A stretch of 64,000 nucleotides of DNA from Mobula hypostoma (lineage: Eukaryota): contig NC_086097.1 of assembly GCF_963921235.1 (NCBI RefSeq), forward strand, positions 222,520,001 through 222,584,000, given 5' to 3'. Below, one piece after another: positions 35,509 to 49,249 of this stretch. Position 1 is the stretch's first letter. Every line of letters begins with the position of its first letter. The position numbers and the translations under genes were made by a program. The notes under the pieces were generated by a model. That model had not been told where the DNA came from and searched no databases. It saw nothing but the letters and a program-made list of their open reading frames with translations.

Positions 35509-36617
35509 CTGAAAATAGGACATAAAACACATGTTCTATCTATTCCAAACAGTATAAGAGGGTTTTTCATAAAGGTCAGGGAATAGAGTGGCTTAAAAGT
35601 AAAACAATGGAAGGAAACACTTACAAAAAAAAAAGGAGATGTAGAAATGGGGCTCACTATTGTCTCTGCAGATGGATGGAATTTGATTGGCCAAATTGCC
35701 TTCCTCACCCATAATTATCTTGTGCTCATTCTTCTGCATTTAAGTTACTTCATTACACATTTAACTCAATCGGCTTTTGTAAATATGAACAAGGAAAATC
35801 AGTCGTGAAATCTGCACAAAGAAAGCCTGCAATTAGGTCTGAAATTAAAACAGGAATTGCAGGCCAAGTACTGTAGCTCCCTGTTGCAAAAAGAGAAAAA
35901 TATAGGCCAACACCATTTTAGTTTAATGAGTGTCATTAGTGTCTATAACAGATTGGTTATTTAACTGCTTATAGTGATTATACTGTATATTTTTTTAATG
36001 CAGGATGTGTTATACAATGATACTCATTAGACTAAAATGTATGAGTGCTTGTATTATTAGAAATATAGAAAGAAAGTGTGTTCTAACACCGCTGTACTTT
36101 TGGTGCTACACAGCTTCCTATTGTTGAAACAGTGTCCAAGATCCTTATACATATCCGATAGGCCTCTCACCAGCCAGAAGATTTCTCTATGGTAACGGGT
36201 ATGACACGCAACAAGTATTGTTGATCTTATTATCATAGAGAAATCTCTAGACTGGGAAAAGCTGAGCAGCCAAATAAACAGGAAAGAGAGCAGCCTCCAT
36301 CATACCCAACAGGAGGTTATGACAGAGACTGTAGCATCCATGGTCATTCATCAACACATGAAACAGGTGACAGTCTACGGCGATGCCCCACATTCACAGT
36401 GCTGGCCAGAGGTCCATATCAGAGTCCCATAACTCAGTGGTGAGCAACCATAACGTTGACCTTGGCTGATGCAATACCGACCCTCACAAGCAGCCTCTGA
36501 ACACCACACTCTGAGTGATTCTTTACTGCTGGAGCTCCAGCAGAGGGGTAAAAGAGCTGGCAGTATCTGTTCATGTGTTACCAGCAATGCAATGAAAAAG
36601 CATAGGCTAATTACGTC

Positions 36618-37135
36618 CAGACATCCCATCTCTCCCAGAAGTTCCGGGAGTCTCCCGCATTTTAATAGTGGCTCCCTGATGCCCGCAAATTAAATACAAT
36701 ATCCCAGAAAGCAATTTTTTTGAGAGAGAGCAAGCGAGAGAGTGACCACGAGAGAGAGGAGAGAGAGAGAGAGAGAGCGCGCCATGGCAGAGTGTTCCAG
36801 AAAAAGAAAATATAAAACGTGCGTCACTCCAGACTACTCTAAAGTGTACCCCTGCCTAATAGGGGTCAAAAATAATGACAGCGTTGCTCGCTGCACTGTT
36901 TGCAACAGTGACTTTTCTATTACCCATGGTGGGTTAAGACTGTAAAAGACATGTTGAGGTAAGTTTAACAGGTGTCATTCGTTCATTAGCATAGCTAACG
37001 TTATTTAAACTAGCTGGCTAGCTGCTATGGAGCTACTCTATTGAAGACATCCTACCTCTCCTGGAAGTTCCGGGAGTCTCCGCAAATTGATGGTGCTACC
37101 TCCCTGAAATGAGTTTTTGCAGGGTGGGATATCTG
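36618..37135 (+). mobile_element. hAT-like non-autonomous DNA transposon retaining the transposase N-terminal zinc finger
   Basis: TIR CAGACATCCCA / TGGGATATCTG. Encodes RKRKYK...ARCTVCNSDFSITHGG, then (frameshift) DCKRHVE. The flanking 8-mers ATTACGTC and TATACTTC match at only 5 of 8. Confidence 0.7.
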
Positions 37136-37627
37136 TATACTTCATGATTCCATCTCCGTGTGGGGGTTTAGTGATTTTCTCCAGCAGAATACCTTGCATT
37201 TAAAATTAGGAGGTTCGCTTCACTTCCAGTAGGACAGAAATGTGCAGCACAGATAGCCAGCTGTTGCACATCCTCAGACTCAAGACCCATGTATTTTCCC
37301 AGCACAAACCAATCCCAGCTCTCTGCGACAGTAATAATGACATCAACAAGCTGAAATTTCAGAAGGTGCCTGCAGTTGATCCAGAACAGAAATTGATGGA
37401 TAATCAACAGTTCCCCAGAACTTCTTTATCCTTCACAATGACACACTGCAATGCAGATATGCTTCTTCTGATGGTAATGCAACCTTTATACCAAAATACT
37501 GGAAATATTCAGTGGGTCAGGCAGCATGAACAGAGTTCAACAATTCAGTTCCCCAGCGTTCATCAAACCCGAAAACAAAAATAAAACATTCTAGGTTCTC
37601 AGAATTTGAAATTAAAAGAGACTTAGC

Positions 37628-38782
37628 GAACATAGAATAGGTCAGCACAGTACAGGCCACTCAACCCACAATGTTGTACCAACCTTATAACCTACTCTAA
37701 GATTAATCTAATCCTTCCCTCCCATTTTGATTTTTCTATCATCCATGTACCTTTCTAAGAGTCCCTTAAATGTCCTTAATACATCTGCCTCTACCACTAT
37801 CCCTGGCAGTGCCTTCCACACACCCACCACTCTCTGTGTATAAAACCTATATAAAACCTATCTCAGACGTTCCCCCTATACTTTCCTCCAATTAATCTCC
37901 GTGAAATTATGCTCCCTTGTGGAGCCATTTTCACCCTGCCTTTCCATTCAATCTATGCCTCTTATCATTTTGTACACATCTATCAAGTTATCTCTCATCC
38001 TCTTTGGCTCTGAGGAGAAAAGCCCTAGCTTGTTCAAACTATCCTCATAAGACATGCTTTCCAATCCAAGTAGTATCCTGGTAAACCTTCTCTGAAGCTT
38101 CCATATCCTTCCTATTATTAAGAGATCAGAATAGAACACCATACGCCAAATCTGGTCTAACCTGAACTTTATAATGGTGCAGCATTATCTCATGCCCATT
38201 GAACTCAATCTCCCGACTAGTAAGTGCCAACACACCATACACCTTCTTAACCATCACATCAACTTGTGTGGCAACTTTGTGGGATCCGTAGTTGTGGGCC
38301 CACAGATCTCTCTGTTCATCCACACTATCAAGAATCCTGTGTTCTGCCTTCCAGTTCAACCTTCCAAAGTGTATCACTTCACACTTTTCCAGACTGAACT
38401 CCATCTGCCACTTCCGAGCCTAGCTCTTCATCGTATAAATATCCCATTATAACCTCCAAAAGCTTTCTATACAATCCATAACACCACCAACCATCAAGCC
38501 ATCTGCATACTTACTAACCCACCTTTCCACTTTCTCATCTGTCATTTCTAAAAATTACAAAGTGCAGGGGTGCCAGAACAGATTCCTGCAGAACACCACT
38601 GAGCAGGATATGCTCCGTATTCTACCACATTTTGCCTTCTGTGGCAAAGCCAATTCTGAATCTACACTGCCAAGTTTTCCTGGATTTCATGCATCCTGGC
38701 TTTCTGAAAGAGCCTACCATGGGAAACCTTGTTAAAGGCCTCACTAAAATCCCCGTACACCACATCCACTGCTCCACCTTCA
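37628..38782 (-). mobile_element. CR1 LINE RT/3' fragment (decayed)
   Basis: EKCEVIHFGR and QRRFTRILLGLESMSYE; CR1 tail AACATAGAATAG. Confidence 0.85.
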
Positions 38783-39284
38783 CAAATAAGAGTGATCCAG
38801 AGCAATTTGAGCTCCTTAAAAAAAGTAAGAATGAGACTGTAAATGAAAGTAAGGAAACAGCATACCTGTTCAATGTTTACTTTGCACTTATATTGGAGAA
38901 AGCAAGTAGAAATTCAGTAATCCCAATCCGTGATTAAAAAATTACTAAAACAAACCAAAGCAAATAAAACTTATGTAAGAAGGAAGTGTAATGAATTGCT
39001 GAAACCAAAAGGTTCTTAACATTTTCAAGGTTGTAAAAATGCTCAGTTATTTTTCCAAGTTCTCTAAATTCAGAAACTAGTCCTTTAGACTTGACATTTA
39101 CATATCATTCTGCCATTTAAGAAAGGTCAGAATATTATATATTTTCAGTGGATTGGAGAAAACTAGCTTGATTTATCACAGTGACCACCATGCTTTATAT
39201 ACAGGGAACTACACATGCTCAAAGGACCTAGTCACATTTTTCAATCCTATTTTAAGTACCATTAATTTATGTACAAATCATTGT

Positions 39285-39992
39285 AATATACAGGAGAAGA
39301 GTCCTCATAGAGGGATCAGAAGTGAAAAGAGTGAGCAATTTCAAGTTCTTGGGAGTCAATATCTCTGAGGATCTATCCTGAGCCCAACATACCGATGCAG
39401 CTACAAAGAAGGTACAACAGCAGCTATATTTCATTAGGAATTTGAGATTTGGTATGTCACCAAAGTATCTCGCAAACTTCTATCGATGTGCAATGGAAGG
39501 CATTCCAACTGGCTGCATCACCATCTGGTGGGGGTGGTGGTGAGTGGGAGCACAGGATTGAAACAAGCTGCAGAGTTGTAAACTTAGTCAGCTCCATCAT
39601 GGGCAATAGACTCCACAGTATCCAGGACGTCTTCAAGGAGCGATGCCTCAACAAGGAGGCATCCATCATTAAGGACCCCAATCACCCAGGTCATGCCCTG
39701 TTCTCATTGCTACCATCAGGAAGGAGATACAGGTGCCTGAAAGCACACACTCAGTGATTCAAGAACAGCTTCTTCCCTTCTGATAGGACGTTAAACCCAT
39801 GAACTACCTCAATACATTTTTATTATTATTTTTGCACTACTTATTTCACTTAGTTATTTAATATATAGTAAATATACTTACCGTAATTCACGTTTTTTCT
39901 ATAATTATGTATTGCAATGCACTGCTGCTGCAAAGTACAACTTTCCCACCATATGCTGGTGATATTAAACCTGTTTCTGATTCTGATTCTGA
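39285..39992 (+). mobile_element. Rex1/Babar LINE 3' fragment
   Basis: FKERCLNKEASIIKDPNHPGHALFSLLPSGRRYR; tail TTCTGATTCTGATTCTGA. Confidence 0.88.
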
Positions 39993-40375
39993 ATTTCTGG
40001 TGTAGTATTTGTTCTATATAGACCTTGCTAATATTTTAGTTCTGCAAAATTTATTATGTCAATCACAGAAGAATTGCCAGTTATTAATTTCTCCCCATTG
40101 ATGCTGCAGTTGCTAATTACAATTTAAAGGCCCTCAGTAACCTGAAAATTGGCTGAATTATGCCACTGGCTAAATTGTCCTGTCTAAATTGAACCACTGC
40201 CCAGGTACTGTGCACAACTAACACAATAACTGCAGGATTCAATCATTGCAGGAAGGTTGTGAGTAAACATCACGACCTGCAGATAGCTTTCATTCATGGA
40301 AGGATATCAAGATTAGTCATTATGACGACTGAAAAAAGACAATTTTATTTCTCTATAATATTCTGCATTCATAAT

Positions 40376-40900
40376 TCACTCAGGAGTGGAACCTGGTGTG
40401 GTTTTCTGCTGCTGTAAGCTATCCTCTTGAGGGTTCGTCGTGTTGTTCATTGAGAGATGCTCTTCTACATACCAGTGTTGTAAAACATGGTTATTTGACC
40501 TACTGACACCTTCTTGTCAGTTTGAACCGGTCTGACCATTCTCCTCTGATCTCTCTCATTGACAAGGTATTTTTGCCCACAGAACTGCTGCTCACTAGAT
40601 GTTTTTATGTTTCTTGCACTATTCTCTGTAAACTCTAGAGACTGTCATACGTGCTTATCCCAGGAGATCAGTTTCTGAGATATTCAAAACACTCCATCCA
40701 TCACCAACAATCATTCCACAGTCAAAGTTACTTAGACCACATTTCTTCCCCATTCTGATCTCTGGTCTGAACAACAACTGAACCTTTTGACCATGTCTGC
40801 ATATCTTTATGCATTGAGTTGCTATCACATGATTGGCTGATTAGGTATTTACATTAACAAGCTCATGCGCATGTGTACCTAATAAAGAGGCCACTCCGTG
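40376..40900 (-). mobile_element. Tc1-like non-autonomous element, same family as 14057-14529
   Basis: Reverse-complement homology (TTTATGCATTGAGTTGCTATCACATGATTGGCTGATTAG); TIR GTACCTAATAAAGAGGCCACT..GTG followed by TA. Confidence 0.78.
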
Positions 40901-41460
40901 TATTTGCAATAAATATAACTAAGATAATCCTTTATCTGTGTCCCTTGTGGCAGCAACTCAATATTTTCTTTCACAAAGTATCAACACCACTCACATTTCC
41001 TCCTTAACCAAAACAATAATAAAGGGTTTGAAAGGTGTAACACAAGATCCTAGTTGAGGTCCTTTTCCACAAAGCCTACACATTCTTGACGCAAACTCCT
41101 ATATCTTGAAATGTGCAGGTCAGAATCATTTGCTTGCAGCTATCTCCTGACAATTTTCAAGCAGACTTAAATGGGTCTTTCACTGAATTATGATCTTCCA
41201 GAAGCAGATGATGTTTGTATTCCTGGGAACATCCTTCAAAAGGAATATAGGGCTCTGTAATACGCAGTCGCTCAGGATGAAGCCCAGCAAGGACTACCAT
41301 TTTTTTTCAGACCTTCTTAGCAACCTCATAATCTTGAAGGTGTACAATTATCTCATTTTCACTGCCGCCATCTTGAAGATTCTGCCTGTATGTGAAGATA
41401 TCTTCTCTCTCTTCTTCTTGGGATTTTACTTGGGAGTTCTGGTGATGACATATTCTACAA

Positions 41461-42590
41461 GTTAACCTTCAGGGAATCCTGCACAAGGACTACCAAGTCC
41501 CTCTGCACCTCTGAATTTGTAATTATCTCCCATTTAAAAAATAATCTCACCTTTATTCATTCTGCCAAACTGTATGACCATACACTTCCCTACATTCTAT
41601 TCCATCTGCCACTTCTGTCCTTCTGCAGACACCCTGCCTCCTCATCATTACCTGCCCCTCCGCCTATCTTCGTACCATTCACAAATTCTTTCATCCAAAT
41701 CATTGACATACAACGTGAAAAGACTGGTCCTAACCCGAATCCCAGCAGCACACCACTAGCCATAGGAAGCCAACCAGAAAAGACTCCCTTTGTTCCCAGT
41801 CTTTGTCACCTGCCAGTCAGCCAATCTTCTAGACATGTGTGGAATCTTGTCAAAGGCCTTCTGAAAATCCAAATAAACAACATCCACTGACTGTCCTTTG
41901 TTTCATCCTGCCTGTTATTTCCAGAAAGAATCAGATTTGCTAGGCAAGATTTCCCCTTTAGAAAGACATGCTGACTTTAGCCAATTTTATTATGAGCCTC
42001 TAAGTACCCAAATCCTCATCCTTAATAATAGACTCCAACATCTTTCCAACCACTGAAGTCAGAATAGCTGGCCTATAATTTCTTTTCTTCTGCCTCCCTC
42101 CCTTCTTAAAGAGTGGAGTGAATTTTCCAGTCCTCAGGAACATTGCAGAATTTAATGATTCTTGAAAGATCATTACTAATGCCTTCCGAATCTCTATCGC
42201 TACCTCTTTCAGAACTCTGAGGTGTGGTCCATCTAGTCCAGGTAATTTATCTACTTTCAGGCTTTTCAGCTTCCCAAGTACTTACTCCATAGTGATAGCA
42301 ATGACACTCACTCCTACCCCTGACACTCTTGTATTTCTGCCATTATGCCAGTGTTTTCTACAGTAAAGAATGAAACAAAGTGCTTATTAAGTTCCTCTGC
42401 AATTTCTTTGTCCCCCATAACTACCTCTCCCACATCACTTTCCGGTGGTCCAATATCCATCTTCACTCTTCATATATCTGATAAAACATTCAGTATTCTC
42501 TTTACATTATTGGCTAGCTTACCTTCATATTTTGTCTTTTCTCCCTTTATGGTTTTTTAGTTGCCTTATGTTGGTCCTTTGCAACATTAG
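41461..42590 (-). mobile_element. CR1 LINE RT fragment with deletions
   Basis: Homologous to 30400-31620. Confidence 0.85.
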
Positions 42591-43021
42591 GGATAGGTAA
42601 AACCTCAGTTCATAGTGGCACTTTTATTGTGTTCTGTCAGGATTGACACACAACTTAATGCAGCCACACACAAATATTTCTCCCCCCCCCACCCTCTTTT
42701 TGCTGGAGATCTGCACATCTTGTCCCAGCAGAGGTGATCCAGTTTGTCCAGTTTGGATCAGCATGTGAAAAGGTAGATGGTTCGCCTAACTGATGTAATG
42801 AGGGAGCAGGGTATGGGCCACATCTTTGAATGGTATAATAACATCAAGAACACATCATACCTGGTGACCAGTTTTTGCATGCCATCCATCAAGGGGAGCA
42901 CTGCTTCTATATTCCCAACTTCTACTTCAGCTTGGCTTTCCACCCCTTGATGCATCCCTCAGTACCTTCAAAGCAGCTTCCCAGCATCTTTGAATAATTA
43001 ACTCAAATGAGACCTGCAAGA

Positions 43022-43396
43022 ATCATCATCATCATGTACTGTGTTGTATGATGTAGGTGATCATGGTCCCATAACCATGATTGTTCTTGACAAATTTTTC
43101 TACAGAAATGGTTTGTCATCATTGCCTTCTTCTGGACAGTGTCTTTACAAGACAGGTGACCCCAGCCATTATCTTTAAAGATTGTCTGCTTGGCATCAGT
43201 GGTCGCATAACCAGGACTTGTGATAAGCACCAGCTGATCATATGACAATCTCCCACCAGCTCCCATTGCTTCACGTGACCCTAATTGAGAGGGCTAAGCA
43301 TGTTCTACACCATGTTTAAGGGTGAACTGCAGGCTAGCAGAGGGAAGGATTGTTTTATACCTTCTTTGGTACAGACACATATCCACCCCACCACTC
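43022..43396 (-). mobile_element. Second copy of the RTE-tailed SINE-like family (see 16340-16700)
   Basis: (ATC)n at the left end and colinear homology along the whole length. Confidence 0.8.
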
Positions 43397-43637
43397 ACAA
43401 ATGCCAATGCCAATGGCAGCAGAGAAATCACAGCCAATTCTTGATTCCCTCGTCAATGCCAATTTTGGAGAGTATGGCCATCATAGAATGTGTGCAAAAT
43501 TAAGATTTAATAGAAAAGACAATTAATTGATGTAGAAGAAGCGAAGCTCTGGGTATTTTTCATGCACCACATAAAAAGAACAGCTTAGTTGTGGCTTACA
43601 GTTGTCAGACTCAGAATCAGAATCAGAATCAGGTTTA

Positions 43638-44117
43638 TGAGGGGTGATTGATAAGTTCGTGGCCTAAGGTAGAAGGAGTCAATTTTAGAAAACCTAGCGC
43701 ATTTATTTTTCCTACATTTACACACTTAGTCCAGCGGTTGTGGAGCATATGGATCCCTTCTTTGTAGAAGTCGGTGTCTTGGGCCTCCAGAAGTGGTCCA
43801 CAGCAGAGGTGATTGATAAGTTTGTGGCCTAAGGTAGAAGAAGATGAGTTATTAACTTCAAACTTTCTGCATTTTCACTCAAACAGTTGAACTGCACATG
43901 CATGTAACGAGAGCTGTATACTGTAACTGATTTCCTTCTACCTTAGGCCATGAACTTATCAATCACTCCTGCTGTGGACCACTTCTACAAAGAAGGGATC
44001 CGTATGCTCCACGATTGCTGGACTAAGTGTGTAAATGTAGGAGTGGACTATGTTGAAAAATAAATGTACTAGGTTTTCTAAAATTGACTAGACCACGAAC
44101 TTATCAATCACCCCTCA
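43638..44117. mobile_element. Mariner-derived fold-back MITE
   Basis: TIR TGAGGGGTGATTGATAAGTTCGTGG / CCACGAACTTATCAATCACCCCTCA with a TA TSD (43636-43637, 44118-44119). 43983-44063 encodes FYKEGIRMLHDCWTKCVNVGVDYVEK*, a mariner transposase C-terminus. Confidence 0.92.
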
Positions 44118-45140
44118 TATTATCACTGGCATGTGATGTGAAATTTGTTAACTTAGCAGCAGCAGTTTAATGCAATACATAATCTAGCAGAGAAAAAAAT
44201 AAATAAAATAATAATAATAAATAAATAAATAAATCAATCAATCAATTACATATATTGAATAGATTTTAAAAAACAGCAAAATAGGAAATACTGTATATTA
44301 AAAAAAAGTGAGGTAGTGTCCAAAGATTCAATGTCCATTTAGAAATCGGATGGCAGAGGGGAAGAAGCTGTTCCTGAATCACTGAGTGTGTGCCTTCAGG
44401 CTTCTGTACCTCCTACCTGATGGTAACAGTGAGAAAAGGGCATGCCCTGGGTGCTGGAGGTCCTTAATAATGGACGCTGCCTTTCTGAGACACCGCTCCC
44501 TAAAGATGTCCTGGGTACTTTATAGGCTAGTACCCAAGATGGAGCTGACTAGATTTACAACCTTCTGTAGCTTCTTTCAGTCCTGTGCAGTAGCCCCCTC
44601 CATACCAGATAGTGATGTAGCCTGTCAGAATGCTCTCCATAGTACAGCGATAGAAGTTTTTGAGTGTATTTGTTGACATGCCAAATCTCTTCAAACTCCT
44701 AATAAAGTATAGCTGCTGTCTTGCCTTCTTTTATAACTACATCGATATGTTGGGACCAGGTTAGATCCTCAGAGATCTTGACACCCAGGAACTTGAAGCT
44801 GCTCACTCTCTCCACTTCTGATCCCTCTATGAGGATTGGTATGTGTTCCTTCATCTTACCCTTCCTGAAGTCCACAATCAGCTCTTTCATCTTACTGACG
44901 TTGAGTGCCAGGTTGTTGCTGCGGCACCACTCCACTAGTTGGCAAATCTCACTCCTGTACACCCTCTCATCACCATCTGAGATTCTACCAACAATGGTTG
45001 TATTGTCAGCAAATCTATAGATGGTATTTGAGGTATGCCTAGCTACACAGTCATGTGTATATAGAGAGTAGAGCAATGGGCTAAGCACACACCCTGAGAT
45101 GAGCCAGTGTTGATCGTCAGCGAGGAGGATATGTTATCAC

Positions 45141-45941
45141 TGTCAGGTGCAACAAGACCTGGGTGTCATTGTACACCAGTCATTGAAAGTGGGCATGCAG
45201 GTACAGCAGGCGGTGAAAAAGGCGACTGGTGTGCTGGCATTCATAGCAAGAGGATTCGAGTACAGGAGCAGGGAGGTACTACTGCAGTTGTACAAGGCCT
45301 TAGTGAGACCACACCTGGAGTATTGTGTGCAGTTTTGGTCTCCTAATCTGAGGAAAGACATTCTTGCCATAGAGGGAGTACAAAGAAGATTCACCAGATT
45401 GTTTCCTGGAATGGCAGGCCTTTTATATGATGAAAGACTGGATCGACTAGGCTTATACTGTCTGGAATTTAGAAGATTGAGGGGGGATCTTATTGAAACA
45501 TATAAAATTCTAAAGGGATTGGACAGGCTAGATGCAGGAAGATTGTTCCCGAAGTTGGGGAAGTCCAGAACGAGGGGTCACAGTTTGAGGATAAAGGGGA
45601 AGCCTTTTAGGACTGAGATGAGGAAAAACTTCTTCACACAGAGAGTGGTGAATCTGTGGAATTCTCTGCCACAGGAAACAGTTGAGGCCAGTTCATTGGC
45701 TATATTTGAGAGGGAGTTAGAAATGGCCCTTGTGGCTACAGGGATCAGGGGGTATGGAGAGAAGGCAGGAACAGGGTTCTGAGTTGGATGATCAGCCATG
45801 ATCATAATAAATGGCGGTGCAGGCTCGAAGGGCCGAATGGCCTACTCCTGCACCTATTTTCTATGTTTCTATGAATGGCGGTGCAGGCTCGAAGGGCCGA
45901 ATGGCCTACTCCTGCATCTATTTTCTATATATCTATGTTTC
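45141..45941 (+). mobile_element. Young 5'-truncated CR1 (uninterrupted 211-codon ORF2 C-terminus) with duplicated 3' end
   Basis: ORF 45147-45782 has LYKALVRPHLEYCVQFWSP and RRLRGDLIETYKI. TSD TATCAC at 45135-45140 and 45942-45947. Confidence 0.92.
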
Positions 45942-47769
45942 TATCACCATTCTGCATAGATCGCGGTCTTCCGGTTAGGAAGTTTAGGATCCAATTGCAG
46001 AGTGAGGTACAAAGGCCCAGGCTCTGCAACTTCTCAATCAGGGTTGTTAGAATGATGGTATTAAACGCTGAGTTGTAGTCGATGAACAGCATCCTGACGT
46101 AGGTGTTTGTGTTGTCTAGGTGGTCTAAATCCGTGTGGAGAGCCATTGAGATTGGGTCTGCCATTGACCTATTGTGGTGATAGGCAAATTGCAATGGGTC
46201 CAGGTCCTTGCTGAGGCAGGAGTTCAGTCTAGTCATGACCAACCTATCAAAGTATTTCATCACTGACAACCTATTACACTTTGTTTGTAAGGCCAGCTAA
46301 ATCTCATATATCTTGAATATCATCATATATCCAAATTGTATATATTATCAGTTTGTGTTTATATTAAAAAAAATAGGCTCTGTGTCCATTATTAACATAC
46401 CAGGGAGAATGATTTAGGACTTTGTATTTGATGTAACAGCAGTATCCAATCTGATATGGCATTGGATATGTATATTGTGCTTTTTAGGCATGGGACTTTG
46501 ATCCACTAAGCTGGACTTCTCTGGTCTAATTTTCTAAAGAAAAATCTTTGCAGATAAATACCTTTATTATTATATTTAATCTATACACCATATTTCAAAA
46601 AGAATTAAAAAGTCAATACTTTGTTCTTCATATAAAGTTGCTGATGAGTGAAAGGTTTAGAATTCCATAAAGCTAGCTGCCTCATCTGTGTGTGTGAAAT
46701 AATTAAGTGTACTGAATGTTAACAGATAGAATCTAATTATACAAAATGACTTGTGTATAAAAGCAATTTTTTGCATTCTGTTTAATATTAGCACATGGGA
46801 GATATTTCTGAAGATGAGTTTTTCTGATTATGAATTCAGCAGTTCATAAGCTGTTTAGGTGAAGAGCAATCCAAAGCTTTCAATTAATCTTCTTACAGCT
46901 GTACATCCAGATGTTCTGAGCTCTGTAAGAAAATGCAGGTCAATGCACTTCAAATAGGTATATACATGCAACCTGTGAAACTCCAAAAAGTTGATACTAA
47001 TCCTTCTTCAAGAAAGTTGACAACTCAATTGTAAAAACAACCCTGAATAAAGCATAATTCAATGCAATTACATGAAGTTCAAATTTTTTATGTTAATAGA
47101 GTTATGGTCTATAAGCAAGCCCTAATTTCAAAAGATATTCATCTTTGAAAACGGTTCTTCATTATTTACAGGCCTTTGAATATCAGCAAAATCTCCTGTA
47201 CGACATTAATTTTATGAAATCGTAAATTGACAAACAGAGGTGGCTTTCATGGGAGACTTTTTAGTACTTAAGGGTGAAAAAAAGAGTATGTTTAATGGGC
47301 AAGATGCGGTACTACAGGAGCATGATTCTTTACAATCTTTAACACTGGCATTGGCTTCCTGGGCTAAACTTGGGAGATAATGGGATATGCTATACCTCAG
47401 AACAACAAATGGGGAAGACTTACTGAAGGGAAAGCATGAAAAGATTAAGTTCTTAAGCACATTTTCTGCTCACTATCCAGTGAGATAGACATTCTTTTTT
47501 GGCAGTCACTCTAGTCAAAACAAATTCAAACACCATGCTGAAATAGTGAGAGAATTGACTGAGCAAAGATCATAGGAATGAATGGGTCATCTTGCAGAAG
47601 GTGTGACTGATCCAGTTGATCACAGAGTCCAATCAGGTGGGAGTAAGCTTGATGGCTAGGGGTATAGTGATGGTATTTGAAGTCCCTTGGGTAAAATAAA
47701 AGTGGAAAGAAACAAACTGGATATATTGTTCATAAAAACAAGAACATCGGCAGTTGCTGGCAGTCCAAA

Positions 47770-48340
47770 GTAACGCGCACAAAATGCTGGAGGAACTCAG
47801 CAAGTCAAGCAGCATCTATGGAAATGAATGAATAGTCGATGCTTCGGGCTGAGACCCTTCTTCAGCACTAGAAAGGAAGGAGGAAGATGCCAGAATAAAA
47901 AGTTAGGGTGAGGGGAAAGAGGATAGCTAGAAGGCGATAGGTGAACGGGGGTGGGTAGGAAAGCTAAGGAAGAGTATGGAATCTGATAGGCGAGGAGAGT
48001 AGGACCGTAGGAGAGAGGGAAGGAGGAGGTGATCGGGCAGCTGAGAAGAAGAGGCCAGAGTGGGGAATAGAAGAGGGGGAGGGGGAGGGAAAAATATTTT
48101 ACCGGAAGGAGAAATCAGTACTCATGCCAGTATGTTGGAGGCTATCCAAACAGAATATAAGGTGTTGCTCCTCCACCCTGAGGGTGCCTTCATCTTGGCA
48201 CAAGAGGAGGCCATGGCCAACATATCAGAACAGGAATAGCAATTGGAATTAAAATGTTTGGCCACTAGGAAATCCTGCATTTAAAGAATGGAGCAGAGGT
48301 GCTCAACGAAGCAACCCCCAAATTACAATGGGTCTTACAG
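47770..48340 (-). mobile_element. Penelope-like 3' fragment, older subfamily, with decayed hammerhead (about 47833-47870)
   Basis: Homologous to 876-1400. The reverse complement contains CTGAAGA-AGGGTCTCAGCCC-GAAG-CATC-GACT. Confidence 0.8.
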
Positions 48341-49249
48341 ATATACTGTTGTGTACTTCCAAAATGCGAAGTTTTATTTATTATACTCTTTTACAGCATT
48401 ATAAAAAAGAGCTGGGTAAAACCTTTAATCCTGATTTAAAGTTTCAGCATGAGTAATCCTCCAATGAGCCACTCTCAGTATAAATCTGGAGCATTTTCTT
48501 TAAATAGGCATTGGAATACAGCCATACATATAAGCACCAAAGTTGCAAAAAGCACATGTCGTGTCACCAAACTGCCCAGAAATAAATGGCGCAATGAAAA
48601 GTACCGACTGAGATCATTCTGCATCCATTTTACATTCTCATTGCATTGGAATGCTATCATAAGCAGAAAGTGAGAATGCAAGTGCAGTTTAGAAATCTTC
48701 AATGAACAGAGGAACCCTGTATAAAAGTGACTCAAACTTAGTAATTCACTGGATAAAAAATTATAGTGCTTATGTAATACATACCTGTTTATGTAATATA
48801 TGGGGGATAGAAAATGACCAGTCAATTACGGACTTAACAGCTTAATGTTGGTGTTAGAGCCATATTCAAATAAGTTTCAGAACATAAAGTACTACAGCAC
48901 AGTACAGACCCATGATGCAGTGCTGACCTTTTAACCCACTCTAAGATCAATCTAACCCTTCCTATCTACATACCCTTCCATTTTATAGGAAAGGATTTCA
49001 TACTCCAAACCATATAATGAAAAAAATTGGGAACATTGATTACAAAAGGGGAAAATCTTGACTATTTTACTGAAGTTTTGAAGAGGTAATAGAAAGAGTA
49101 GGCAAAGCTGCAATTTATCTAAATAGCCAAAAGACTTCTGATCATTACCCCATAACAGACTAATGAACAAGATCAGGGGACAACAACATAATGAATTGCA
49201 AGATGAGCCATGCTGGTGTATCGCAAAGCCAAAACACAACGGGGTCGCA

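Larger units (their letters stand above)
43611..46266 (-). mobile_element. Rex1/Babar LINE (RT to tail), split by a mariner MITE and a CR1
   Basis: [21 protein letters not shown] and [13 protein letters not shown]...YRFADNT; tail (CAGAAT)n at 43612-43632. Confidence 0.92.

Noticed and set aside
36100..37590. Possible processed pseudogene or exon flanking the hAT element
   Set aside because: Composition is somewhat coding-like, but no frame gave a recognisable protein; left unannotated.
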